From Candidatus Krumholzibacteriia bacterium (GTDB lineage: Bacteria > Krumholzibacteriota > Krumholzibacteriia > LZORAL124-64-63): a stretch of 64,000 nt of DNA. The position numbers and the translations under genes were made by a program. The stretch lies in NCBI GenBank assembly GCA_024762975.1, contig JANTGJ010000001.1, forward strand, positions 2,084 through 66,083. Reading direction: 5' to 3'. Positions within the stretch are counted from its first letter, which is position 1; the number at the start of each line of letters is the position of its first letter. The notes under the pieces are model-generated. The model had not been told where the DNA came from. It saw nothing but the letters and a program-made list of their open reading frames with translations, and did not search any database. Below, piece after piece: positions 27,516 to 37,597 of this stretch.

Positions 27516-28964
27516 ATGAAGGTTCGAATGAGCGATCGCCGTGCCGCCTTCGTTGTCCTGGTCGTTGCCGTAGCCCTTTTCTTTTTCGGTTCGGATCTGG
27601 CGAGAGCCGAGCCCACGGCGGAGGGCCATTGGGAGGGCGCGATCGAGCTTCCCGGCCAGGCACTCGGGGTGATCATCGACCTGGCCCAGGAAGAGGGGCG
27701 GTGGAGCGGAACGATCGATATTCCGTTGCAGGGCGCGGAGGATCTGCTGCTGACCGCGATTTCGGTGCAGGGCGATAGCGTCAGCTTCGCCATCGAAGGA
27801 ATCCCGGGTGAACCGACTTTCCGCGGCGTGCTGGCCGAGATCGACGGCAGCGAAACAATTGCGGGCAAGTTCTCGCAGGGCATGGCGACTCTCGATTTCG
27901 AACTCGGGCGCGAAAAGACCGCAGCCCTGGTCCGTCCGCAGGAACCGCAGCCCCCGTTTCCGTATACCGTCGAGGAAGTCAGCTACGAGGATGGAGAGAT
28001 CCACTTCGGCGCTACGCTGACCCTCCCGTCCGGCGAAGGTCCCTTTCCCGCCGCGCTGCTGCTGACCGGCAGCGGTCCGCAGAACCGCGACGAGGAACTG
28101 ATGGGGCACAAGCCATTCCTGGTGCTCGCCGACTACCTGACCCGTGCGGGCATCGCAGTGTTGCGTGCCGACGACCGCGGCGTCGGCGGTACAACCGGCC
28201 AGCACTCCACTTGTACGATCTCCGACTTCGCCAACGACGCGCTGGCGGGTGTGCGCTATCTCGCGAAGCGCCCCGAGATCGACGCCCAACGCATCGGTCT
28301 GATCGGCCACAGTGAAGGTGGTATCACCGGCCCGCTGGCGGCTTCCCGGTCCGAGGACGCGGTGGCATTCGTCGTGATGCTGGCCGGAACGGGGGTGCCG
28401 ATGGACGAGGTGTCGATCCTGCAATCCGAGCTGATGGGGCGGGCCAGGGGACGGAGCGAGGAGAGGCTCGCAGCCGAAAGCGCCCAGTTGCGGAAGGTGA
28501 TGGATCTGGTACAAGCCGGAGCGGGGAGCGACGAATTGCGAGAGCCGGTCACCGCGCTGGTCGATATCCAGTTGGCGGATGCGCCGCTCGGAGATGATCC
28601 GGAAGCCTCGAAGAACATGCTCATTCGCAGATCCCTGCAGCAGATGACGGGGCCCTGGTACCGGCACGCCGTGAACTACGATCCACGCGAGGTGCTGCGC
28701 GAACTGCACTGCCCGATCCTGGCGATCAACGGCGAACTCGACCTGCAGGTCGATGCGGACCAGAACCTGGCCGAAATCGGGCGTGTACTGGGCGAGGCCG
28801 GCAATCCGGACTACGAGGTGCACCGGTTGCCCGGATTGAATCACCTGTTCCAGACGGCGACGACCGGGTCGGTTACCGAGTATGCACAGATCGAGGAAAC
28901 GATGTCGCCGACCGTACTGAAACTGGTCGGCGACTGGATCAACGAGCGTTTCGGCAACAAGTGA
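27516..28964 (+). CDS. secreted alpha/beta-hydrolase (S9/dienelactone-hydrolase-like serine hydrolase) with N-terminal beta-sandwich domain
   Basis: AAGGAG RBS, a signal peptide, and the nucleophile elbow 'GLIGHSEGG' (GxSxG). A C-terminal Asp/His region 'NGELDLQVD...LPGLNHLF' follows. Confidence 0.65.
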   Translation: MKVRMSDRRAAFVVLVVAVALFFFGSDLARAEPTAEGHWEGAIELPGQALGVIIDLAQEEGRWSGTIDIPLQGAEDLLLTAISVQGDSVSFAIEGIPGEPTFRGVLAEIDGSETIAGKFSQGMATLDFELGREKTAALVRPQEPQPPFPYTVEEVSYEDGEIHFGATLTLPSGEGPFPAALLLTGSGPQNRDEELMGHKPFLVLADYLTRAGIAVLRADDRGVGGTTGQHSTCTISDFANDALAGVRYLAKRPEIDAQRIGLIGHSEGGITGPLAASRSEDAVAFVVMLAGTGVPMDEVSILQSELMGRARGRSEERLAAESAQLRKVMDLVQAGAGSDELREPVTALVDIQLADAPLGDDPEASKNMLIRRSLQQMTGPWYRHAVNYDPREVLRELHCPILAINGELDLQVDADQNLAEIGRVLGEAGNPDYEVHRLPGLNHLFQTATTGSVTEYAQIEETMSPTVLKLVGDWINERFGNK

Positions 28965-28965
28965 C

Positions 28966-30384
28966 CTAGTCCAGGTCCGGTGCCGACTTGTCGTGCGGCA
29001 ACGAGCCGCGCGCAGACCGAAAATAGGCGAACGGAGTTTCGAAGAGAAAGTTCGAGACCCGTGACGTGTAGATGTCCGCATGTCGCTCGACGTAGTCGGC
29101 CAGGTAGCTCTTGTCGTTGCCGGCGCGCATCAGCGAGCCCCAGTTGGCATTGCCGGTGCGGGCCGAGGCCCGGGCCAGCGGTGCGATCTTCTCGTCCAGA
29201 GCCGCGAATTCGGTGCGCAGCTCTTCCAGGCGCGGCTTCAATTCGTCTTTGTCCTGCCCCCGCTGCAGTCGCAGCCGCATCTGGGCAATGCGTCTTTCCA
29301 GGACGTTCTTCTGTTCCATCAACTCTTCCAGCAGTTGCTCCTGCTCGCCGAAAGCATAGGCCGCCTTCAGGTCGCTTTCCAGTTCGCGGACCACCAGGGC
29401 CGTGCGCCAGCGCATCGTACTTTTTGTGGCATGCACGTCGCCGAAGAAGTGATCGCCGACATAGAGGATACGGTCCCCCTCGAGGCCCAGGGTTTTCTCG
29501 ACCAGCGCCGCGTTGCCGCCGAAGTAGACTTTGCCCTTCTCCAGTTTTCCCTCGACCGGTTTGAGCATTCCCTCGTCGTTGACGACTTCCAGGGCGGGGC
29601 TGCGACTGGTGAAGAAGTCCGGCTTGCGCGAGGAGACAATGACCAGATCGAAGAGGTCACGCCAGGTCGTACCCTCGGGCAGGAAGGGGTCGATGGCGTG
29701 CGCCATCAGCAGCCGCGTGTAGGGCCAGTCGCTGTTGGTGATCAGCATCAGCTTCTTGCCGGATTGCTTCTGGTCCAGCAGGGCCTCGGCGGTTTGCGGG
29801 TCGCGGTCCACGGCGCGATCCAGGTCGGCCAGGATCTCGGCCTTCAGCAGGCCCTCGGCGTGGGCGCCGTCAATCGCGCGGCGGACCCTCCAGTACAACT
29901 CTTCGTAGTCGGCGACCATCGGCAGCTGGTCGGTGTCGAAGAGCTCCACCAGTTCGGCGAAGAGGCAGGCCTCACTCAGCGAGAAGAGCGTGCTGAGGAA
30001 GATGAAACGGTCCTCGCGGTGGTCCACCACGATCCGCGAGTAGAGGCGCCGCTGGTCTTCGTAGTTCATCGAGCCGGTGCCGTGGAAGGCGGTCTTGACG
30101 AAGCCGAAGCGGTTCACCTTCAGCAGATTGCCGGTCTCCAGATCGACGATCAGGCCCTGGATCATCAGGTGCGGCGTGAACTCCAGCTTCTCGACCGGCC
30201 ACCCCTCGCGCAGCATGCGATCGCGTGCGTGATTGAAGGCCGTCGTTTCCCATTCGCGCACATGGTACTGCACCAGCGTGTAGTCCATGTCGTAGCCGAT
30301 GGCGCCCAGCGAACGCAGGTTCAGGGTGCGATTGCAGAAGATGCCGCGTTGGGGCGCGCCTTTGGGAAACAGGAAGTCGGACAT
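28966..30384 (-). CDS. HAD-IG family 5'-nucleotidase (cN-II-like)
   Basis: HAD motif I 'GYDMDYTLVQY' at the N-terminus, an approximately 470-aa length, and 'YVGDHFFGD' motif IV typical of PF05761. Start at the internal ATG (MSDFLFPK). Confidence 0.7.
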   Translation of the reverse strand: MSDFLFPKGAPQRGIFCNRTLNLRSLGAIGYDMDYTLVQYHVREWETTAFNHARDRMLREGWPVEKLEFTPHLMIQGLIVDLETGNLLKVNRFGFVKTAFHGTGSMNYEDQRRLYSRIVVDHREDRFIFLSTLFSLSEACLFAELVELFDTDQLPMVADYEELYWRVRRAIDGAHAEGLLKAEILADLDRAVDRDPQTAEALLDQKQSGKKLMLITNSDWPYTRLLMAHAIDPFLPEGTTWRDLFDLVIVSSRKPDFFTSRSPALEVVNDEGMLKPVEGKLEKGKVYFGGNAALVEKTLGLEGDRILYVGDHFFGDVHATKSTMRWRTALVVRELESDLKAAYAFGEQEQLLEELMEQKNVLERRIAQMRLRLQRGQDKDELKPRLEELRTEFAALDEKIAPLARASARTGNANWGSLMRAGNDKSYLADYVERHADIYTSRVSNFLFETPFAYFRSARGSLPHDKSAPDLD

Positions 30385-31093
30385 GGTATGGGATGCTCCC
30401 TCATTGCTTGGTTCACATTGTGAAAACTGATCAGTACCTTGCTTTGGTCTTGGGAGGTGTCGCCGTTGTGGTGTTACCACCCCCATAGGGAAGTTGTACG
30501 GCAGTGTCCGCGAATCGGATACTTCAGATTCGATGACCTGGGTAAGATAGTCGAAAACGTCGAGTCCATGTACCAGCCAAGTCAGCGAGGTGCCGCCCCA
30601 CGAACCGATGGGACACCCTTATTTTTCTAAGAATCCGCCGATTCTATCACAGCACCACCGCAACCGAATGATCATTTTTCCTGCAGCAGACGCATTGCGT
30701 GTTGAGCGATAGGGAATTTTGTGCCAGTACCTCCTCACTACGAACTGATTCCCGTCCAGAAACTCTTACTACGTGTAGGTTATGGAAAACGAGGTAAAGC
30801 TTACCGCGTGCTGTAGAACCGTTTTTCGTCCAAGAAAACACCGATCGTGGAGGTAACTCCCAGTTGTGTAATAACATGCGGAATTGGCGCCCAATCGTCT
30901 ACCTCTACATCGACCACAAACACGCAGAAGAACGGCTTCAACTACCCGGAACTCGCCTTTCACCAGGCCGATTCACGCTGCTACCGAGCGGGTACTCGGC
31001 GACTATCCGGAGCTGAACTCGTTGGAGCTCGAGGAAGTGAAATCGGCCGGCAATCGATTGCTGGCCGAAGACGGAGTATCCAAAAAGAACTGG

Positions 31094-31382
31094 CTATATG
31101 CCGTCGACCAGTATGCCGGCGTCCACCAGATCGGCGCAGAAGACGACCTGGCCGCCGTGCCGCACCTTCTCGTAACGCGCGTCCAGAACCAGGTACGGCG
31201 CGCGGTCGAGCGGCCGGGTGCGCCAGGACTTGAGCTGCTCGGCGATCTTCAGAACGCTCGAACGGTATTGCTCCGAGGCAGTTGGAGCGTTCCCGCTTCA
31301 TAGCTTCGTTCATCAGGACGGACAGGGCCTTAGCCATGCCGTCCAGGCCGTTTGCGATCAGAATTTTCACAAAAGACATCAC
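31094..31382 (-). pseudogene. IS256-family (mutator-type) transposase remnant, internally deleted and 3'-truncated
   Basis: The minus-strand translation 'ALSVLMNEAMKRERSNCLGAIPFERSEDR' matches the IS256 N-terminal signature (…ERSE-LGA-PYERSEDR…). It then jumps in the +1 frame to 'LKSWRTRPLDRAPYLVLDARYEKVRHGGQVV', matching '(E)WQNRPL…YLvlDa-YiKVR'. About 90 aa in between are missing. A stop follows, and no C-terminal DDE or 'TTN-IE' region was found. Confidence 0.55.
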
Positions 31383-31562
31383 ACTCCCGTGGCCCGTGGC
31401 CGCGAGCTGGAAGTCGTGGTCTTCGGCGGTTGACCTTAACGAAACCAGAACACATCCATAACCTGGTCTTCACGGAGGTAGGGTACCGTATCTGCGTCAG
31501 TGTCCTGTCCGACCCGCCCGGGTGCGCCCCGTGACGCCCGGCCACCCTGTGGAAAGCGATAC

Positions 31563-34316
31563 ATGCGCATGAGGATCCAAGGTCTGATCCGGACGGCCCT
31601 GCTGGTCGCGTTCGTGATCGTGTCCGGCAATGCCCTGGCCGGCGGAATGACGGGGCTGGTGGTGGACACGGAGACGGGCGATGAGCTGATCGGCGTGGAC
31701 GTGGTCCTGATCGGCACCGGCCTGCGGACTTCCACCGACATCGAGGGCCAGTTCGTCTTTGAGGACCTGGAGCCCGGCACCTACGAGCTACGCATCACCT
31801 ACCTGGGCTACAACGCCCGCGTCATCGGTGACATCACGATCGAGGCTGCGGCGGATGAGCCCTTCGTGCGCGCCCAGCTGGAGAGCTTCAAGGCCCACGA
31901 CGGCGGCGAACTGGTGGTCAGCGGCACGCGCATCATGAGCACCGAGACGGCACTTTTGGCGGAACGCAAGCAGTCCGTGACCATCGGCGACGGCATCAGC
32001 GCCGCGCAGATTTCCCAGTCTCCGGATGGCACTGGCGGGGAAGCCCTCAAGCGCGTCACCGGCCTGACGGTGACCGACGGTAAGTACGTCATCGTGCGCG
32101 GCATGCCCGATCGCTACAACGTGACCCACCTCGACGGCATCTCCGTCACGGGCACCGACGTGACCCGGGACCGCAAGAGCTTCAGCTTTGACATGATCCC
32201 CGCCAACCTGTTGGCCAACCTGCAGGTGGTCAAGAGCGTCACGCCGGAGATGCCCGGCGATGTGACCGGAGGTCTGGTCACCGTCAACACCCTGGAATTT
32301 CCGGAGCACGCCACCACCTCGGTCAGCGTCTCGGCGGGCCACGTGGCCGGCAGTACAGGTGAGGAGTTCCAGCAGGACGCGCTGCTGGGCGATGGCGACT
32401 GGAAGGCCAAGGACGACGGCAGTCGCGCCCTGCCCGACGTCGAGGGCAAGAACGACTTGGCCCGCGGCCTGCCCAACCGCTGGGTCACCGGCACCCGCTC
32501 GGCAGACCCCAAGACCAGCTTCAGCGCGTCGCACGGCAACAAGTTGCACTTCCTGGGCATGGACCTGGGGTACGTGGGGGCACTGAACTATCGCAACAAG
32601 TTCGACGTGACGGACAAGAAGGAGCTGCGCCAGGGCTTCGAGGACATCCTGCTGGAGGGCAAGAAGAGCCAGCGCAAGATTCTCTGGGGCGGCCTGGGCA
32701 ACGTATTCCTGCGCTTGAACAAGGACCACAAGCTGGGCGTGCGCAACATCTACACGCGTAGCGCCGAGAGCGAGGTTCACGATGCCGCCGGCTACGACTC
32801 GGACACGGAGTTCGTGCGCACCAACATCCGCTGGCAGGAACGCTACCAGCTGAGCCATCAGCTCACGGGGACCCACATCCTGGACCGGGTGGTGCGCGGC
32901 CTGGACTTCGACTGGATGGTCTACTACGCGGAGGCCGAGGCTCTGGAGCCAGACAACCGCTTCGTGGAGTACAACATCGACAATCTCGAGGGCCAGCCGC
33001 CCACGATGAGCTTCAACCGGCGCAGTTGGACCATCCTGGAGGACAAGCGGCGCGGCCACGGCTTGAACCTGACCTACAGCTTCGCTGAGTTCGACTTCGA
33101 GGAGGAGTACGCCGTCCAGATGAAGGCGGGCTTTGCGTCGGACAAGTTCGAGCGCACCTACAACATCGACAATTGGTACTCGGACACCACCTTCAGCGCC
33201 GCCAGCCGGGCCCTGCGCCAGCTGCCCATCGATGAGATTTTCGCGCCCGATAACTACAACGAGGTGGACGACGACCGCCGCGGCTCCGGGCTGAACTTCA
33301 AGCAGGAACTGGCCATGAGCGGCGACTACGACGCACGCCAGGACCTGGAGGCGTGGTACGCCATGGCCGTGGTGCCCTTCACCGTCTTCCACGAGGATCT
33401 GACACTGGTGGGCGGCGTGCGCGTGGAGGACAGCGACCAGCAGGTGCTGGCGGTCTACGTGCCGGAGAATGCGGCGTACGTGGATTCGTCGCTGGTGCAG
33501 AAGAAGGACACCCTGCCTTCGGTGAACCTGACTTGGAACTACGACGTGAACCTGAACCTGCGCCTGGCCTACTTCCAGAGCGTGAACCGTCCCGAGTTCC
33601 GCGAGATGGCGCCGGTCACCCGCCGCAACTACGCCACCCTGCAGAACGAGCGCGGCAATCCCGATCTGACGCGGGCATTCATTCGCAACTACGACGTGCG
33701 CCTGGAATTCTACCCGCGTGCGGGTGAGCTGATCTCCGCCAGCTACTTCCGCAAGAAGATGACCGATCCTATCGAGGAGAGCCTGACGCCCACTGCAGAA
33801 GGGCCGCTCCTGTCGTGGACCAACTCGCCTTCGGCCCGGAATCACGGCTTCGAGATCGAGGTGCGGCGCAAGCTGGACTTCCTGCACCTGCTGCGGAATT
33901 TTCAGGCACAGATCAACTACACGCGGGTCTATTCCGAGGTGGAGTTCTACGACCAGTACGATGGCGTCTACTCCACGCGGCCGTTGCAGGGGCAGGCGCC
34001 CTGGGTGATCAACGCGGGGCTCATGTTCCAGCACGAGCCACTGGGGCTGACCTTCAATCTGCTCTATTTCAACAAGGGCCAGAGCCTGCACAGCGTCGGC
34101 GACAACCGTGACTACGACGTCTACCAGGAGCCGCAGGATCTCTTCGATTTCGTGGTGGTCAAGAAGTTCGGCCGCCACCTCAAGGCGAAGCTGGCGGTGA
34201 AGAACCTCTTCGACACCGAATCGACCTATTCAAGCGGCCACGAGACCGAATCCTACACCTACAGCTCCATCTACGACGGGCGCGAGGTCAGCCTTTCCGC
34301 GAGCGCGAAATTTTAA
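31563..34316 (+). CDS. TonB-dependent receptor with N-terminal carboxypeptidase-regulatory-like domain (SusC/RagA-like)
   Basis: Signal peptide, then 'GLVVDTETGDELIGVDVVLIGTGLRTSTDIEGQFVFEDLEPGTYELRITYLGYN' (a CarbopepD_reg-like domain). A plug domain follows ('DGKYVIVRGMPDRYN'), then a long beta-barrel ending in a C-terminal 'F'. Confidence 0.8.
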   Translation: MRMRIQGLIRTALLVAFVIVSGNALAGGMTGLVVDTETGDELIGVDVVLIGTGLRTSTDIEGQFVFEDLEPGTYELRITYLGYNARVIGDITIEAAADEPFVRAQLESFKAHDGGELVVSGTRIMSTETALLAERKQSVTIGDGISAAQISQSPDGTGGEALKRVTGLTVTDGKYVIVRGMPDRYNVTHLDGISVTGTDVTRDRKSFSFDMIPANLLANLQVVKSVTPEMPGDVTGGLVTVNTLEFPEHATTSVSVSAGHVAGSTGEEFQQDALLGDGDWKAKDDGSRALPDVEGKNDLARGLPNRWVTGTRSADPKTSFSASHGNKLHFLGMDLGYVGALNYRNKFDVTDKKELRQGFEDILLEGKKSQRKILWGGLGNVFLRLNKDHKLGVRNIYTRSAESEVHDAAGYDSDTEFVRTNIRWQERYQLSHQLTGTHILDRVVRGLDFDWMVYYAEAEALEPDNRFVEYNIDNLEGQPPTMSFNRRSWTILEDKRRGHGLNLTYSFAEFDFEEEYAVQMKAGFASDKFERTYNIDNWYSDTTFSAASRALRQLPIDEIFAPDNYNEVDDDRRGSGLNFKQELAMSGDYDARQDLEAWYAMAVVPFTVFHEDLTLVGGVRVEDSDQQVLAVYVPENAAYVDSSLVQKKDTLPSVNLTWNYDVNLNLRLAYFQSVNRPEFREMAPVTRRNYATLQNERGNPDLTRAFIRNYDVRLEFYPRAGELISASYFRKKMTDPIEESLTPTAEGPLLSWTNSPSARNHGFEIEVRRKLDFLHLLRNFQAQINYTRVYSEVEFYDQYDGVYSTRPLQGQAPWVINAGLMFQHEPLGLTFNLLYFNKGQSLHSVGDNRDYDVYQEPQDLFDFVVVKKFGRHLKAKLAVKNLFDTESTYSSGHETESYTYSSIYDGREVSLSASAKF

Positions 34317-34723
34317 ATTTACCCGATTCGAATGGGCCTATAACAGGCGACTAACATCGCTCGTCTATCCTGCTCGTGTTCTCGCTGGAGTTCCAGGAGG
34401 ACCGAACACGGGCGACCGAAATTTGAATCATTCTTTCGTCGGACCGCCCCTCGGTAGACCGCTCATCCGGCTGAACAACAACCAAGGTTGGGTTTCGAAA
34501 TGATGGTCTTGGCTGGACCGGATCTTCGAGGGCCGGATTCCCCGGCGCCCGGCCGCCCTTGACCGTGACAACCACCTGAGCCCGTTCGCTGGTAGTCCAC
34601 ATTTGACACTGTTCAGCTTGGACGAGGAATCGCACATCACGAGCCATCGATGATCCTGGGGCGGCGTCATTCCGCCGTCGTCGCCCCCATCGACGCCTTC
34701 AGCTTCTTGAGGAGTGAGATCCA

Positions 34724-36433
34724 ATGAAGAAAATGTTCCTGGCCATCATGGCCGTCTCCCTGTTCCTGGCCGGCACCGCCGTGGCTTGGGTTGGAGATGC
34801 CGACCTGGGTATCCAGGGTAGCACCCCCGAGGATATCAAGTCCCAGTACATCACCGGATTCCGCACCCTGAGCGCGGACACCCTGTACCACCTGCACGGT
34901 ATCGTCTACGTTGACGCCGGCGCCACCCTGAACATTCCCGCCGGTACCACCGTGTACGGCCACGAGTTCGGCACCCTGGTCGTCAAGCCCAGCGGCACCA
35001 TCAACGCTACCGGCACCGCCGGCAACCCCATCGTGTTCACCTCCTCCTACGAGCCCGGCATGCGTCTGCCCGGCGACTGGGGCGGCATTGTGATCCTGGG
35101 CAACGCCCGCGTGAACAAGGCCAACCCCAACATCGAGGGTGGCATCATCGAAGACTCCCTCTTCGGTGGCGACGATGACGAGGATAGCTCCGGTATCTTC
35201 CGCTACGTCCGTATCGAGTTTCCGGGCTACCGCTTCGCTGACGGCAACGAGATCAACGGTCTGACCATGGGCGGCGTCGGTCGCGGCACCGAGCTGCACC
35301 ACGTGCAGGTCAGCTACAGCTGGGACGACTCCTACGAGTGGTTCGGCGGCAACGTTGATGCCAAGTATCTGGTGGCCTTCGGCGGCACCGATGACGAATT
35401 CGACACCGACTTCGGCTACCGCGGCCGCAAGCAGTTCCTCTTCGGCCTGCGCGACCCGGACTTCTGGGACACTGACGCCTCCAACGGCTTCGAGTCCGAC
35501 AACGACGATCCCGCCAGCCTGGACGAGCCTCGCACCGCTCCCATCGTGACCAATGCCACCTTGGCCGGCCCCGAGCGCACCGACGCCCTGGCCGCTGCCG
35601 ACATGGCCAGCGCCAACGGCCGCCGCTTCCAGGACGTGGCCCGTCCCCGTCGCCACACCCGCCTGAGCGTCTTCAACTCCGTGCTGTACGGCTACCAGAA
35701 GGGCATGGCTGTCCGCAACACCCTGACCCAGGATGAGGCTGAGGCCGGCATCCTGCGCTGGCACAACATCAGCATGGCGAACGAGGAGCCCAGCGGCTGC
35801 GGCTCTCCCTACGAGAACGCCATCCACGACTGCGGTGACTGGGCCGACGTGGCGGTCTGGTTCTCCACCCCGGCCTTCAACAACTGGGGTAGCGACGCCC
35901 GCCTGCCGAGCAGCCTGGGCCTGACCAACATGAGTGACCTCAACAACCCCAACCCCGTGCCGGCCTCCGGCAGCGAGCTGATCGGAAGCGCCGACTTCAG
36001 CGACAGCTACCTGGCCGACAACGCGGACTTCTTCGATGTCGTCGACTACCGTGGCGCCTTCGATCCTGCCCTGCCCATGAACCAGCAATGGACCGCCTAC
36101 TGGACCAACTTCGACCCCCAGAACACCCTCTACGATGGTGTCTCCGCGGTGAACGACGTGGTGCCTGGTGCCGTGGCCCAGCTGAACGCCTACCCCAACC
36201 CCTTCAACCCCGCGACGACCATCAAGTTCAGCGCTCCGGTCAACGGTGCCGTGAAGCTGACGGTCTTCACCGCCCGCGGTCTGAAGGTCGCCACCCTGTT
36301 CGAGGGTCAGGTCGAGTTCGGCCGTTCCTACAGCGTGGATTTCAACGGTGAGGGCCTGGCCAGCGGCACCTACTTCTGCCGTATCGAGGGCCACGGCTTC
36401 ACCAGCACGCAGAAGATGCAGCTCGTCAAGTAG
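34724..36433 (+). CDS. secreted protein with T9SS-type C-terminal sorting domain (FlgD-Ig-like CTD); function of the body unknown
   Basis: GGAG RBS and a signal peptide. The roughly 80-aa C-terminus 'AYPNPFNPATTIKFSAPVNGAVKLTVFTARGLKVATLFEGQVEFGRSYSVDFNGEGLASGTYFCRIE' matches the Por/T9SS type-A CTD. The body is Asp/Gly-rich ('SYSWDDSYEWFGG', 'FDTDFGYRG'). Confidence 0.65.
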   Translation: MKKMFLAIMAVSLFLAGTAVAWVGDADLGIQGSTPEDIKSQYITGFRTLSADTLYHLHGIVYVDAGATLNIPAGTTVYGHEFGTLVVKPSGTINATGTAGNPIVFTSSYEPGMRLPGDWGGIVILGNARVNKANPNIEGGIIEDSLFGGDDDEDSSGIFRYVRIEFPGYRFADGNEINGLTMGGVGRGTELHHVQVSYSWDDSYEWFGGNVDAKYLVAFGGTDDEFDTDFGYRGRKQFLFGLRDPDFWDTDASNGFESDNDDPASLDEPRTAPIVTNATLAGPERTDALAAADMASANGRRFQDVARPRRHTRLSVFNSVLYGYQKGMAVRNTLTQDEAEAGILRWHNISMANEEPSGCGSPYENAIHDCGDWADVAVWFSTPAFNNWGSDARLPSSLGLTNMSDLNNPNPVPASGSELIGSADFSDSYLADNADFFDVVDYRGAFDPALPMNQQWTAYWTNFDPQNTLYDGVSAVNDVVPGAVAQLNAYPNPFNPATTIKFSAPVNGAVKLTVFTARGLKVATLFEGQVEFGRSYSVDFNGEGLASGTYFCRIEGHGFTSTQKMQLVK

Positions 36434-36506
36434 GACAGCCTTTGCCGGGCAACCGCAAGACAACAGGATCTGCATCCTGAAGGACAACAGAACGCTGCAT
36501 CACACA

Positions 36507-36545
36507 GGCCCGGCCCCGCACGGGGGCCGGGCCTTCTTCAACTTC
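36507..36545 (+). terminator. rho-independent terminator downstream of the T9SS-CTD gene
   Basis: GGCCCGGCCCC-gcacg-GGGGCCGGGCC, an 11-bp perfect stem, followed by TTCTTCAACTTC. Confidence 0.6.
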
Positions 36546-36841
36546 TCTCCGGCCCCCTGGGACTTCCCGATTGAAGCTCTTCCCGCAAAAATCCATTTCG
36601 AACCTCGATTCCGATTCTTGTTCCGGGGACTGGGGTCGGCCGCCAATCGGCCATCGGGCAAGCCGGGGAGGCCCGGTAAAAAATCCCGACCAGGAGGAAC
36701 GAAATCCTTCTCCGCCTCAAATTCCCTCACCGTTGCTGCGCTGAAACTAACCTCTTCTTTACGAAGCCCACGCATCGCTCTAACCCGCCTCGTGTAATTT
36801 CGTCAACGATCAAACATCCCGAGTCCGCCGAGGAGGTCCCC

Positions 36842-37597
36842 ATGTCGCGGATTGTGTTCCTAGCCGTTCTGGTCGGCGCCGTTTTCTGTTCGGCCGATCT
36901 GATCGCCCAGACCGAAGAGACAACCCAGGAAGTCGATATGCGTATCGACACCGCCGCCGGAACGCAGCAGCAGCTGAACGACTGGTCCACCGAGCGGGAG
37001 CAGGTGGAGGCGCGGTACCGCACCGCCAAGCTGAACATCTCCCAACTGAAGGATCGCCTGGGCGTGGCCGAGAGCCGTGCCGATCTGCTCCGCTCCCAGG
37101 TGGAGGAACTGGAGCGGCGCTTGGGCGAGGCCGGCCGCCTCAAGGCCACCATCAACGACACCATGCAGGTGGTCCTGAGCCGCTTGGAGAAGGCCGTGGA
37201 GGCGGATCAGCCCTTCCTGGTGTCCGAGCGCCGCCAACGCCTAGACGACCTGCGCACCCTGCTGGTCGATGACGAGGTCATCGAGGCCGAGAAGCTGCGC
37301 CGCCTCCTGGAGGCCCTGCTGGTGGAGGCCAAGTACGGCGAGACGGTCGAGGTGACCCAGGAGAGCATTGACCTGAACGGGCAGGAGGTATTCGTGGATC
37401 TGCTGCGCGTGGGTCGCATGAGCCTCTTCTTCATGACGCCCGACAAGACTCTGGCCGGTTCCTACGATCCGGCCCGGCAGAAGTATGTGGAACTCACCAG
37501 TGACAATTACCGCCGGATCGACAAGGCCATGGAGATGGCCTCGAACATGCGTCCCGTGGAACTCCTCAGCCTGCCCCTCGGAAGGATCGAACGATGA
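36842..37597 (+). CDS. DUF3450 family periplasmic protein (TtpB-like first gene of TonB2-type systems)
   Basis: GAGGAGG RBS, a signal peptide, then a coiled-coil-rich region ('LRSQVEELERRLGEAGRLKA') and a C-terminal 'DLNGQEVFVDLLRVGRMSLFFMTPD' segment typical of DUF3450. The stop overlaps the next gene (ATGA). Confidence 0.6.
   Translation: MSRIVFLAVLVGAVFCSADLIAQTEETTQEVDMRIDTAAGTQQQLNDWSTEREQVEARYRTAKLNISQLKDRLGVAESRADLLRSQVEELERRLGEAGRLKATINDTMQVVLSRLEKAVEADQPFLVSERRQRLDDLRTLLVDDEVIEAEKLRRLLEALLVEAKYGETVEVTQESIDLNGQEVFVDLLRVGRMSLFFMTPDKTLAGSYDPARQKYVELTSDNYRRIDKAMEMASNMRPVELLSLPLGRIER

Noticed and set aside
30400-30900. Possible tRNA or small RNA in the AT-richer stretch (hairpin CGAATCGGATACTTCAGATTCG around 30509-30530)
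   Set aside because: No tRNA-like T-arm (GGTTCGAATCC-type) or acceptor-stem pairing was found. It is a simple short hairpin, which is insufficient evidence for an RNA gene.
30847-31303. Plus-strand ORFs (128-139 aa) in the low-GC islet
   Set aside because: They are antisense to the IS256-like remnant, whose motif matches are far more specific. The plus-strand ORFs have no recognisable features.
31430-31470. TTGACC…CATAAC as a sigma70-type promoter for the TonB-dependent receptor
   Set aside because: The -10 match is weak and the spacing ambiguous. If the organism is FCB-like, sigma70 consensus may not apply, so it was not annotated.
36348-36797. 149-aa ORF spanning the T9SS gene end and the intergenic region
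   Set aside because: It overlaps the strong hairpin terminator at 36507-36545. Low-complexity translation and no RBS.
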